DNA of 37,628 bases from Dimorphilus gyrociliatus (GCA_904063045.1 CAJFCJ010000190.1:1-37628); one strand, 5' to 3'. Positions 9,642 to 21,268 are shown, counted from the first letter of the stretch. Notes: a model not told the origin generated them from the letters alone. Program-made: numbers and translations.

Positions 9642-11555
9642 TTAATACTTTGCCTTCCATTTAGTATATGGAACTAAATGGAACTCTAATTTCCTGTCAC
9701 AATAGAAGAATCCAACTCTTTCAATTTGAATGAATTCACCAATAGAAACATTATGGATATCATTTTCTAATAGCCAAAGTTGTTCACTTTTTGAATTTAT
9801 ATTAAATTTCTCTTTTAAATCGCTAGTATTTTTATTATCATTTTGTAAATTTTCATATTCATATAATTGGACAGTAACCAGACTATTTGGTGTAACCCAA
9901 CTAATTTCTCTTTCAGATGATTTTCTATTTGAAAAATTTTTTGTAAATGAAATTTCTGTTACAATATCATTTTCAATATTTTTCTCTATAACAAAAACAT
10001 TGCCAAGAGACGATAAAGTGATTTCTTCATTGGATGCTAGATGAAAAGCGTCTTCCTGTGATATGAAGATTTCTGATGAATATACAATTTGTTTAGATCC
10101 AAGAGAAGGATTTTTCTTGTTTCTCAAAACTTGAATTTCCAATTCAACTGCATTTTCATTATCTTCAAGAGACGACGACAGTAATTTACACTTGACATGA
10201 TTTTTTAAAGGAATGCCTAAAATTCTAGGGCTCTTTGGATCAATATACTCTTTATTAAGAGTCCAAAGTTTATCCCATGAAATAGTTGTCATCATTTGAG
10301 AAATTCCCAATGATAAAATATATTCTCTTAAAACCTCCATACATAGTCCTCTTCTCTTAAATCCTCTTAGTGTTCCTAATCTTGGATCATCCCATCCATT
10401 GACAAAACCATTTTCAATATAGAATTTCATTATCCTCTTTGAAACGAGTGTTCTCTCAAAATGGCTTCGTCCATAGGTTTGAATCTCTGGCTTATTCTCT
10501 AACTCCAAATTGTTGATAAACCAATAATATTGTTCATTTCTATCACTATATTCATTTGTCCTCAAAACCAAAGTTATTCCATTCAGCGAATCGATAATCG
10601 GAGAAGCAAAATCAAAAGTTGGATAAATAGAGTGTTTATTTCCAGTTTTTGTTTCGGAAGAAGAATCAATACATTTGAAAATGATTGGATCTCTTAAACA
10701 TGCATTTAAGTGATCAAATGATATTTTGGCCCTAAGACAAAATCTATTTTCAATTCCCTTGAACATTCTTTTAAAAATTTTTATATTCATTTTACAGTCA
10801 GTGTCTCTATTTTTGTTGGATTGCTTGATCCTTCTCTGCCTACAAATATCCTCAAGATTTGTGTCATCAACATAGGCTTTACCATCATTAATCAGCTTTT
10901 TTGCAAATTGATATATTCTATGAAAGTGATCAGAAATCCTAACAAAAGTGTATTTTTGGATTCCCAAAAGCTTTAAATCTTCCAGAATTGCCTCTTCAAT
11001 ATCATCGCCTCCCTTATCATTTGGATTAGTATCATTAAAACAGATCCACATTTGACCATTCCTCGATAAATAATCATTGAAAATCGCTCCTCTAGCATGT
11101 CCAATATGCAAATATCCATTTGGTTCGATTGCAAATCGTGTTACCACTTTCCCAACATTTCCTGTATTGATTTCACCATGACTAATGTTGTTAAATGAGT
11201 TTAAGTATTCTTTATTAATTTCAAGATTTTTCCTATAAAAATCAGCAAGTTGGCGAAATGGAAATTCATCTTCGTTGGAGTCATTAGGAAAAGAGATTGA
11301 ACAGTAAAGAATTCCAAAAATTAAATCTGCAACTTTTTGATCATTTTCTACTAAAGATTCAATAATTTCTTCTAATTTTTCATAAAATTCTCTTAATTCT
11401 ATAGTTGATGATTCACAATTGAATTCTAATAGAAAATTTGGAGCATTTAATTCTTTGATATTTGTCTCAAGAATTTCATATTCTTTCTCCTTAATCTTGT
11501 ATTTTTCCTTTAATAAATAATTTATAAATTTGTCTTTACAATCATTTGTCGTCAT
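9642..11555 (-). CDS. GUS1: Stand-alone eukaryotic-type glutamate--tRNA ligase (GluRS), intronless, microsporidian-like, with divergent catalytic motifs
   Basis: 637-aa uninterrupted ORF: VVTRFAIEPNGYLHIGHAR (HIGH), FNDTNP, CLRAKI, LRDPII, YPTFDFASPIIDSLNGIT, LRTNEYSDRNEQYYWF, LVSKR, GWDDPRLGT, and a C-terminal anticodon-binding region (IQIERVGFFYCD). No WHEP repeats or ProRS fusion. Confidence 0.93.
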   Translation of the reverse strand: MTTNDCKDKFINYLLKEKYKIKEKEYEILETNIKELNAPNFLLEFNCESSTIELREFYEKLEEIIESLVENDQKVADLIFGILYCSISFPNDSNEDEFPFRQLADFYRKNLEINKEYLNSFNNISHGEINTGNVGKVVTRFAIEPNGYLHIGHARGAIFNDYLSRNGQMWICFNDTNPNDKGGDDIEEAILEDLKLLGIQKYTFVRISDHFHRIYQFAKKLINDGKAYVDDTNLEDICRQRRIKQSNKNRDTDCKMNIKIFKRMFKGIENRFCLRAKISFDHLNACLRDPIIFKCIDSSSETKTGNKHSIYPTFDFASPIIDSLNGITLVLRTNEYSDRNEQYYWFINNLELENKPEIQTYGRSHFERTLVSKRIMKFYIENGFVNGWDDPRLGTLRGFKRRGLCMEVLREYILSLGISQMMTTISWDKLWTLNKEYIDPKSPRILGIPLKNHVKCKLLSSSLEDNENAVELEIQVLRNKKNPSLGSKQIVYSSEIFISQEDAFHLASNEEITLSSLGNVFVIEKNIENDIVTEISFTKNFSNRKSSEREISWVTPNSLVTVQLYEYENLQNDNKNTSDLKEKFNINSKSEQLWLLENDIHNVSIGEFIQIERVGFFYCDRKLEFHLVPYTKWKAKY

Positions 11556-11737
11556 GGTAGATTTTATGTTTTAAAAAATAAATGACCTTGTCCCTTACCT
11601 TACTAAATGATAAAATAGGCCTAGAAATATAGAAAAAGTAAAAGTAAACCAGTTTTGGTAGCTACGTGTCTAAAGATCAATAAGTTGGTATATTTTGTTG
11701 CTATAGGCCTCGATTCTTGACTAAACCTACCATTAAG

Positions 11738-11749
11738 AGTCACGTGACT
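11738..11749. promoter_or_regulatory. Perfect 12-bp palindrome AGTCACGTGACT (E-box / CLEAR-type bHLH-ZIP site) about 185 bp upstream of the GluRS ATG
   Basis: Seen directly. GTCACGTGAC is the known USF/TFEB/MITF-type site. Function is inferred only. Confidence 0.4.
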
Positions 11750-11851
11750 GAATTTTAAAACAGATAGGAGGCTAAATTTATAAATAAACAGTCAAAGACA
11801 GTTGATCAAAATGGTTGCTGACAAAAACTGTATAGTCGTACTAATAGATAC

Positions 11852-11995
11852 GGGATGCTGAACAAAACGTTCCCTATTTTGCATTTTTACCCTAACCCTA
11901 ATCCAAACGTGGGTAAAGTTATTTCTGCTTTTTTGTCCAAAACCTTCAGTTTGGCCTTAACATAGACCAAAAAGAATAAAACCTAACCCTAAACT
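11852..11995. mobile_element. Partial/diverged copy of the TTAGGG-containing MITE family
   Basis: GGATGCTGAACAAAACGTTCCCT...TTTTACCCTAACCCTAA resembles GGATGCGACAGAAAACGTCCAC...TTTTACCCTAACCCTAA at 36156. No second TIR or TSD found. Confidence 0.5.
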
Positions 11996-12064
11996 GTAAT
12001 GTCATCTTTATTTTTAGTGGCTTCATCTTCTCCAGTATCATCATTTTTCTCAGAGATTTTATCT

Positions 12065-12340
12065 TTATCCAACTTCTGAAATATTATTATCTTTATTTTC
12101 AGTCAAATTTCCTTCATTGTTTAAATGGTATTGTTGAATTTTTGAATCTGTTAGCCTTTTGATAGTTATAGTACAATTTCTTTTGTAACAGATTTTGCAA
12201 ATTGGTTTGTTTCCATGAATAAAGTTCCCACAAAGACAATATTTCAAATACTTCTGTCTTCCATAGATTCTTAAATCACAATTACTGCATTTTGAAGCTA
12301 TTCTATTCTTTTGATGGAAATGCAGATGATTACTTCAAAT
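12065..12340 (-). other. Cys/His-rich zinc-finger-like coding fragment (PHD/C1-like), probably a TE or gene remnant
   Basis: The frame reads KCSNCDLRIYGRQKYLKYCLCGNFIHGNKPICKICYKRNC, with a stop upstream and no start context. Confidence 0.35.
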
Positions 12341-13615
12341 ATTTTTTTGTGATGATTCAAAGTCAGTTAAAAAAAATTCAAAATGGCTGAAATTTCATTT
12401 TCAAAATATTATATGACAAGTTGACAAGTGAGAAAAATATATTCAGTTATTAGAATTAAAATAATTCTTAGAAATTTAGTAAACTATAGTTTTTTCTAAT
12501 ATTAAATTATTTAAAAGAAATCAACACTTAGATTGAAAATTACACACACATTTTATATTTTTAAAATATTCAAGGAGAGGCAAAAAACTATTCCAACTTC
12601 TTCAAAAGTGGGCCATTGTATCTCATGCCGGCAATGTTCTCCCAAGGCCATTTTCTCCCAAAATTGTTTACTCCCATACTCATTAGAGGGTTTTTGTTGG
12701 GGTTTAATAGAAAATGTAAAGGAAAGGTTACTGTTTTCTTCAAAATTTAATAATAGTTGTTTGTCAAGGAGGTAGAAGGAATCTATAAAAAATTATTTAG
12801 GAATGGTAATTCAAGTACATTTTACCACAAAGATAAAAGCTCTTTGATTAATTAGACATGAATATTGGAAATATAAATTAAATAATGATTAAGAATTGTT
12901 TTGTATGTTGATAAAAGATGGTAATCATATTTTCTTCTATCTTGCAATGAAATTCTTGAAAGCTTTAGAAAAAAAGGCTTAAAAAAGAAAATTCTTCATG
13001 ATTTTAATATTTAAAATTTCATAGGATAATTCCTAATATGAAAAATATTTTTGGCTGTCTTTTCTATATTCTACAATTCAATAAATTATGCAATTCAACT
13101 TATCAATTCTACCTTCAATCCCCAAAAGTTCATGGAATATTTATTGAAGGTCACCTTTACGCAAAATCCGATCAAAGAGAAAATGATTATGGACCTGTTG
13201 TAAAAGTACCAACGTCTAGACTTTATGTGATTAATAAAGTTTGCGAAAAGCTTGGCTATGACTCATTTCACTCTTATCAATCTATATATAGGATACGACA
13301 ACAGAAACAATTCCAGATTGATGTAATTAAATGTTGTGAGCCGTGAGTAAACAATTGAATATGTTGAAAGTAAGAACTGTATGAAAATTCAAATTATTAG
13401 AGTTAAGGGTTAGGCCTATAGCCAACTTTTATTAACATTTCTTTAAGTGGATATTTCTATCCGTATAAAAAACAATGCAAACCCCAAGACCTAACTAAAA
13501 TATATTTGCAGATTCGAAATAATCAGTGGTTCTTTCGATGGATTAAAGTTGAAGTGTATCATGAAAAATTCAACATGTATGAAAAATATTATTGAAATTT
13601 CTTCAATTTCAAATA

Positions 13616-13713
13616 GGCTGTTGAGAAACGCCCATAATTTTTTTATGATTGGGTAGGTCTAAAACTAAGGGTTAGTTGGTAACAAAACCAGAAAATTGTG
13701 GGCATTAATCAGC
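13616..13713. mobile_element. Degenerate short member of the TTAGGG-containing MITE family
   Basis: GGCTGTTGAGAAACGCCCATAATTT and reverse complement GCTGATTAATGCCCACAATTTT flank an AAGGGTTAG-containing core. No TSD. Confidence 0.4.
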
Positions 13714-14801
13714 AAAATCTGAAATTTGTATTTTTAAATTGGAGTTTTGTTACGTAGATTATTTCGCTACGCAAGTAGAAAACAACGCTTATCAATTGTT
13801 TTTAAGGAGAAATGAAAAGAATTTCGCCATTATTAAAAATTCTTTTTTAACAAAGGCAATATGCAACCAAAGCAAATTTATTTGTTGTAGTAAAATCTCA
13901 TTAAAGATAGAAAAAATGGATTTGAATTCATTTCAAACAAACAATCAAACAGCCTTAAACTTGTTGAAATTGAAAGAAATATTTCAACTAGATATTTCAC
14001 TTGCTCTTTTCAAGATTTGAAAGGTAAAAGAAAATTGGATTGTTGACAAAATTTGAATATTTCTCATTTATTTTCTTTTTATTTGAACAGATATTGTAAT
14101 TATTAACAATTCTGTTAATGGAACTTTTTATCACTATTCAAAAATGTTTGGTTCGCCTGTTCCACCATTTTTGCTCATTTCAAAATCATATGGTATTATG
14201 GCACCTGCTTTTGCTGGCGAAATAGAACTGTCGCCAGCGTGCAAAATGATCTGTGATGCAGTATCACGATTTGTAGTTAAACATCAATGTGAGAAGAGAT
14301 GGGCCAATGGCGTCACACATTTTTTTAGCAATTGTCAAAAAAGAAAAAGTGCTAAAATTACAGATTGTCAGCTAACTTCAGCTCTTCACAAAGTTAAATT
14401 ATATGTTGCCAGTGCAGCTTGTAGCAAAATAAGAAATGGTAATGTCTTTGACAATTGATGTACATGTCTAAGAAATCTATTTATATATAATGTGTTTTTC
14501 AAGCATCAATACATTTTGAACAAGCAAAATTTCAACTAACTAATATCTTAGAAGAGAAAGTATCAATTGTAGGAGAAATAAAGATGATTGGTTCTAGTGA
14601 CTATGAAGATACTGAATCCTGGTTTTTGCATTATGATTACGAATCACCTTTGCAACTGAGTCAATTTTGTGGAAAATTCGGATACGATCCTCTATACTCT
14701 TTCATCTATTATAAAAATTTGGTTGAAAAAGCTGATATGGTTTACCTGAAATGTGGCGATAATATACTCAAAAATTGTCTCCTGTAAAAATTAAATTTTC
14801 A

Positions 14802-14931
14802 TTGATAAGGACAACCTGACCCAGATTTCTGAGTTAGTTATATTTGATTAATTCATTTGAACAATGATTAAATTCTAGTAAAATTTGAATCAGCCTATTC
14901 AGGAAATAGGTGACTGAGTTGTCCTCATCTC
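14802..14931. mobile_element. Small inverted-repeat element (putative old MITE) in an intron
   Basis: GATAAGGACAAC vs reverse complement GATGAGGACAAC (11/12). Flanks AAATTTTCA / AAATATTTA match 7/9. Confidence 0.35.
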
Positions 14932-17900
14932 AAATATTTATATAAACATAATTAAGACAAAAATTTGCATTATAGTCAGAAATCAGAAAATGGAGGATCT
15001 ATTATCACAACTTTAAAGTGTTTTAAGAGAAATGTTTCTTGTAAGAGATGTTTTTCTTTTTGTATGCTTATGCTACTTTCTCTATCTTTGGCTGTTACTC
15101 TGTCTTCCTTTTGCTCATCCCCCACTCTCTCTCTTCAACTTTATATGAGGGTTATTATATTCATAGATATCTTTGGCCTCAAAAAAGGCTGGAATGCCTA
15201 TAACTTGATTATGAGAATCAATTTGTCTTCCTACCATATTTATGATACAATAATAAAGAAACAAAATCTTTGTGCTGAGGCGTCATTTTCACTGCAAAAA
15301 TCTAAAATTTCAGTGAATATTAGTGACAAAATGTTTGTGCATTATACCAATAAGACCTGGTATGAATATTCAAACAGAAAAATAAAACTATGGACAAAGA
15401 TTGAATGTTCTTATTTAAGCTTAAAAGGTTTATAATAATAATTCAATATAATTAAATTGAAAAGTTCAAAGGTCAACTGTCTACTGTTCTAGATTTTATA
15501 TTAAAAAAGAAGAGTGAAATTATCAACATTTCTGCGCATCCTTTGTATAATAGTTATAAAAGGTTCACCTATCTAGCTGTATCAAAAACATATGGAATTT
15601 TTCCAACAGCAAAATTTACTCGTGAGAACAGAGTATATGTAACAGCTTTCATGTGTAAACAACTTAACAAGTCATATTCTGCCCGTGTCTCTAACTATTT
15701 TCACTATTCACACCTTAATAAAGTACTTTATTGAAAAATATAATATTTTTTTAACCGAATCTCTATAATCCTTTAATATCGCTTGAGTTGTTTGTATTTT
15801 ATTTTATAGATGAAATTTCCTGCTCTCCGACAATGTAAACTGTTAAAGAATGTTGTAAATTGTGATTTAAGTCCAGTGAATGGTGAACTTTTGTTCTATA
15901 ATCCAGAATGTCAACAAAATGCTCCAGGAAGTAATTAAAGGAAAACATTTCAATGGCTAATATTCATAGATATTCTATTCCTGAAGAATCTAGGTTACAG
16001 AATTTAATTAGCTTGGAGAGTATTTACGTAAATGAAAATCACAGTCATCTGGACGAGTTCATTGGTGAATTTCAGTATAATGAGGCAAATGTCTATATGA
16101 CAATTCATGAAGTGTCATATATTACTGTACAAAAGATTTGTACCTTCTTCGGATTTAATTATGGAACTCTGCTAACTTCCGATATTGGAAACATGCATGA
16201 TTTTATGGAGAAAATTACTTGTTTTGAAAATTCATCAAACATTCATGATTGTGTTTTAAAAAGGGAAATGTAACTGATTTAAAAATTTCTCCAAATCATC
16301 TTCTCTTTCTATTGTTTCTTTTTCGTAGAATACGAAGATATATCTATAGAACTAATATCAAATGCTTAAAGTCTGATAGAAAAGGTTAGATTTAGAGAAC
16401 TAAAAAACAAAAACAAACTTAGCACTAAATATCTTTTCATTTATTTAAATATTTGCAGTTCTTGATTGTAACAAATTTCCCAATGCATTAATAATTGATC
16501 ATATATGTTACTTTATGTTCATTTATCGCCCATTAACACCGCTAATAGATATTGAATATTTTGGATCACTTTGCGAAGAACGAAATTTAACGCTAGCCGA
16601 CTTTCCAACAAGGCGAAAATCCGAAACTTTTTATATTATTTCAGAATTTTTTAATATAAATAAATTGGAAATCTTTGGATGTAAAAAATAAAAAAAAGGC
16701 AACTTTGTTCTATTCAGCCATTTTCTTTTTTCTTTAATTCTATTTCAGATTATAATTTGGAAAATACCAGAAAATATAAAAAAGCTTATATTTCAATGGC
16801 CAAAACAACATTGGATTTTCCAAATATAGCATTTGATAAGACTATGTCCCATTTAAAGATTCGAAAAGAGTATTTCTCAGAAAATGAGAATAAGCATCTA
16901 CTATTAAAGAATAGAGATAGAGATTTACCAAAAATTTGTTTCAAACTTCGAAGGTAACTCAATGAATGATACGATTCCCTTACTCAGAGTATCGTCAAAA
17001 AAATAGGTGGGTGGGTGAGGAATAATGATAAAAATAGAACAAGGTCAAGGGCTAAGTTAGGACTGGGATACATCCATAAAAAATTCTGAGGTATAGCTAT
17101 TTTCTCTCTAGGAAATATTACGAAGATGATTATGATTATTATGATGGTTATGATGATAATGATGGTTATATTTCAGTACAAATTATAGATGCAATTCATG
17201 TTAAATGTCTCCTGAAATCAAAGAAATTTCACATGTTTTTTTGTCAAAAAAAACAAAATAAAGGCTTCTCAGAAAAAATTCCATGTTCTTTTTATGGTTT
17301 AGGCAATAATTTCTTTTTCATATTAAACTCTCCCAGTTGAAGTTTTACTTAGCGAAAATCCAGATTATGAGGCAATTAGACAAAATTATCAATTATTTTT
17401 ATGTAAAACTCATGGTACATTCATTAATCTTGTTTATGTTTGTGATGGAATTCAAGACTGTCTCTCAACTGAAGATGAAATCCAATGTCCCACTGACAAT
17501 TCTCTCCACTATGAATGTCTAGCGAACAATCAAACCATTTCAAATTTCCTTGTTTGCAACTACATAGATGACTGTTTAGACGGATCTGATGAGATCAATT
17601 GCTGTAAGAAGTTTGAAATTTTAAGATTATAGGCCTTTTAGAGGTAGTAACATTTATATTTCTGTCTTTATTTAAATAATAGCATATAGGGAGTGCGAAG
17701 CAGGGTAAGTGTGAATATGTTTAGTTTTTTAGTATATGCACAGAAAAAATTCAACCAAAGAGAAAGACTATGCAAGAATAAACAATGCATTAGTAGTTCA
17801 AGATTTTGTGATTTTGAACGAAATTGCTTTGAAACGAGTGACGAGGATTGTTACGAAAATGCCGATTTAGCATCTCTTCCTCTCAATACGACTAATGTTT

Positions 17901-18217
17901 ATTGTCAGAATGATGAATAATATGTCTGTGATAGGGTATGTAGACCAGCATGGACTTTCCAGGATGGAAGATATGATTGTTGGAATAAGGATGATGAAGA
18001 TGATATGACATCGCAAACAAATGCAAGCTGCTATTTATATTACAATTCGTTAGAATACGTTAGAACAAATCTATTCAAAGTGTACAATTGTTCGTTGTTT
18101 AAATGCAAGAGAGGCGAATACAAATGTCAGCTAGCCAAATATTGTATAGATGTTGATCAATTCTGTGATAATATTCACCACTGCCCTCTTGGTGAAGATG
18201 AAATAGATTGCGGTTAG

Positions 18218-18242
18218 GATCATCATGATCATCATGATCATC
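18218..18242. repeat. Short (GATCATCAT)n tandem repeat at an intron 5' end
   Basis: GATCATCATGATCATCATGATCATC directly after the GTTAG donor. Confidence 0.7.
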
Positions 18243-19552
18243 TCTCTCACTCTAGAATTCTATTTCTCCATAGATAACTTTGCGCCTAAAGGCTTTTTTA
18301 AATGCAGTCACGAAACGTATTAGATACACGAGAGTAAAGTTTGCGATGGAATTGTCAACTGTCTGCATAAAAGTGATGAACTACTTTGTGAAGATATTGA
18401 AAAGCCTCCTAAGAGATATTGTCAAGAATATTTACCTTTTTCTATAGAATGTTTTTTTGACAATTTTCAATCATTTATCAAAATCAATAAATTCTATAGA
18501 AGCATTAAAATTGATGGTAAAATCCATTTTTATAATCTACAACAAACTTATTGGAATCTATTGAATTTTACCATTTTCAATGCATTTATCTATTATGATA
18601 ATGAAGATAGATTTACTTCTAAATCATTTCCAAATGTTGTTTATATCACATTTAAAAAGATACATAAATTTAACACTTCCATGACCTTTATATCACCTTT
18701 AAAATTACTAATTTACCTTGATTTTTCTAATAATCCAATCAGGAATTTAGATTTCTTGAAAATATTGAAAGCAAACCATCTAAATTATTTTGATATATCT
18801 TTTACTAAAGTAGAAAAAATTCTGGAAAAAGATTTCAAATATTTGAAATTTTTGAAAATTTTCAAAATAACTAATTGTAATATTAAAGCTATTGAGAAGT
18901 TATCACTTCAAAAGTTAAATAATCTTTCAATGTTTGATGCTAGTCATACAAACTTCCCAATTTTTTCACTTCAATTAATTGTTGAAGAAATGATCAATGT
19001 GAAGAGTGTTTTTACAAAATATCATTCATTGTGTTGCCATTCAATTCACTGTAAATCGGATGTAAATTTTTATAAAGTTTGTTCAAAATTAATTGGTTTG
19101 GATGTGACTCGTGCCATTATTTGGATATTCTCAATACTTGGTATATTTCTAAATATTACTTTTTTCATATTTGGCCTCATTTCCAAACATCTCAAATCGA
19201 GATATTTAAAATGTCTGCAAGCAGTCAGCAACCTTTTAGTCACACTGAACATGTTTGTTATTGCCATATATGATATCCACTTTGGCGGTTCATACATGTT
19301 GAAGAGTGAAATTTGGAAACACAGCAACATGTGCATGGTACTTGGAGTAAGCATGACGTTTGCGCTACTACTATCATCGTTCAGTATGTTCTTAATTACA
19401 CTGGAGAGATTTCAAGTGTTGAATCAACCTCTTCAAATACCTATACTGTCAACCTATCCATTTGTATGGTTAATGTTAACAGTAGCTGTTTGCTCATTAT
19501 TGAGAGCAACATTTTCAATTTTCTATCATGTCAGTTACTTAAATTGGAAAGC

Positions 19553-19700
19553 AGATGTGACAGAAAACGTTGATGAGTTCAAAGTTTAACCTAAACCATA
19601 ATCCAGCCTTAGCCCTTACTTTTCAACTTGTACTTTCCCAAATTCTTAGTTAACAATACCAAACAAAATTTCCAAACAGTCCACATTTTCTGTCAACCTC
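19553..19700. mobile_element. Diverged intronic copy of the MITE family
   Basis: AGATGTGACAGAAAACGTTGA ... reverse complement GAGGTTGACAGAAAATGTGGA, with a degenerate CCCTAA-like interior. It lies in the intron between the GTCAGT donor (about 19530) and the CTGCAG acceptor (about 19752). No TSD. Confidence 0.6.
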
Positions 19701-20304
19701 TGCCCAAGAGACACTACTCTATACAAATGTATTCATGTATGTTTTACTGCAGAGTACATTTAGTCATTCTTCAATTTGTTTTAATCTCCTGGTTATAAGC
19801 AACATTGAAAAAGGAAGATTATTTATCTCTATCCTATTTATAATACTATTACCAAGCTTAAGTTTTATAACATTGTTCCTTTACTTAAGAATGTTTTGTA
19901 TTGTTAGAAATTCTTATAAAAAGACAAATTTCAATAAACACCCTTCTCTTGCTTCTTACAATGAAAAGAGTACAGGTGTCAAGAAGAATATTCAAAAAGG
20001 TATAATTCTATTAGCCCTTAATAACACTTTCATTTGGTTGCTGGTATCAATTTTGGGTAGGCCTAAATATAGAGTTTAGAAAAGTTGTGTCTAGTATCTA
20101 TTTTTTCACTATCTAGGAATGTTATTGATATTAAAGCAACTCAGTTTAAAAGAAGATATCTATATTTTATTTATGACTGTATTTTTCTCATTACATTCTG
20201 TTGCAAACAATCTCATTTTCTATTCAAATGAAATATTCCAATATTTTAAATTGTTAAAAAGACTTTCAACTGCAGAAAGGCAATTTTCATTCATTTTCAT
20301 TTCT

Positions 20305-20876
20305 NNNNNNNNNNNNNNNNNNNNNNNNNNNNNNNNNNNNNNNNNNNNNNNNNNNNNNNNNNNNNNNNNNNNNNNNNNNNNNNNNNNNNNNNNNNNNNNN
20401 NNNNNNNNNNNNNNNNNNNNNNNNNNNNNNNNNNNNNNNNNNNNNNNNNNNNNNNNNNNNNNNNNNNNNNNNNNNNNNNNNNNNNNNNNNNNNNNNNNNN
20501 NNNNNNNNNNNNNNNNNNNNNNNNNNNNNNNNNNNNNNNNNNNNNNNNNNNNNNNNNNNNNNNNNNNNNNNNNNNNNNNNNNNNNNNNNNNNNNNNNNNN
20601 NNNNNNNNNNNNNNNNNNNNNNNNNNNNNNNNNNNNNNNNNNNNNNNNNNNNNNNNNNNNNNNNNNNNNNNNNNNNNNNNNNNNNNNNNNNNNNNNNNNN
20701 NNNNNNNNNNNNNNNNNNNNNNNNNNNNNNNNNNNNNNNNNNNNNNNNNNNNNNNNNNNNNNNNNNNNNNNNNNNNNNNNNNNNNNNNNNNNNNNNNNNN
20801 NNNNNNNNNNNNNNNNNNNNNNNNNNNNNNNNNNNNNNNNNNNNNNNNNNNNNNNNNNNNNNNNNNNNNNNNNNNN
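20305..20876. other. Assembly gap (572 N)
   Basis: Run of N. Confidence 0.99.
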
Positions 20877-21019
20877 GATTAATGGCTGATGTAAATTTAA
20901 AATCCACGGCATATATTCAACCAATATTCTTCCTCTATATGAATAATAATGTCAAATCTGAAAATATAAAATACAGCAATAAAATAAATAATTTTTTTCA
21001 GGATATTTTATTTTTACAT

Positions 21020-21039
21020 TGACGTCACGTGGCCAGCTG
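21020..21039. promoter_or_regulatory. Overlapping CRE (TGACGTCA) and E-box (CACGTG) plus CAGCTG, about 240 bp upstream of the deaminase ATG
   Basis: TGACGTCACGTGGCCAGCTG seen directly in a very AT-rich context. Function is inferred. Confidence 0.4.
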
Positions 21040-21268
21040 TAAAAAATTTTATACAGATTGTCAATATCTTATTTCTTTTTATATCGTAAAATTTTCTGAT
21101 AAGATCCACAATCTTGAAGAATACACTCTCTAGTTACTGTATTGTACTTTACGCTTGTTCATTTATGCATATAAAATAGACTTGGTCGATGATTGATATC
21201 TTTCAATACTATCTAATATTTTGAAGGCCAAAAGTCTTACATACAAACTATTTCTGCTGAATAAAGAT

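Larger units (their letters stand above)
13038..20304 (+). pseudogene. GRL101-like multi-exon GPCR gene: signal peptide, SRCR-like repeats, C-type lectin, LDLa repeats, LRRs, 7TM; disrupted
   Basis: SRCR-like exons (NKVCEKLGY about 13230; QFCGKFGY about 14670; KICTFFGF...ITC...HDC about 16140). CTL about 16460-17260. LDLa repeats 17400-18400 (VCDGIQDCLSTEDEIQC, VCNYIDDCLDGSDEINC). LRRs 18700-18960 (LIYLDFSNNPI). 7TM 19100-20270 (IWIFSILGIFLN, LITLERF, LHSVANNLIFY). In-frame stops at 17918 (TAA) and 18321 (TAG). The 3' end runs into the N gap. Linking the 5' modules to the 7TM part is inferred from the same order in the 32781 paralog. Confidence 0.75.

Noticed and set aside
9730-10044. Antisense ORFs over real genes (9730-10044, 19070-19354, 30368-30931, 26597-26836, 35278-35696)
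   Set aside because: They are shadows of coding regions on the other strand and contain no domains.
12600-12780. GC-richer stretch with repeated TCTCCCA motifs as a TE end
   Set aside because: No partner TIR or TSD found.
14965-15435. 156-aa ORF inside the GPCR locus
   Set aside because: Non-ATG start, low-complexity pyrimidine-rich core and no domain. Likely intronic or a repeat.
20119-20924. Long ORFs crossing the N run
   Set aside because: Artefacts of the assembly gap. Only 20119-20304 is the last GPCR exon.
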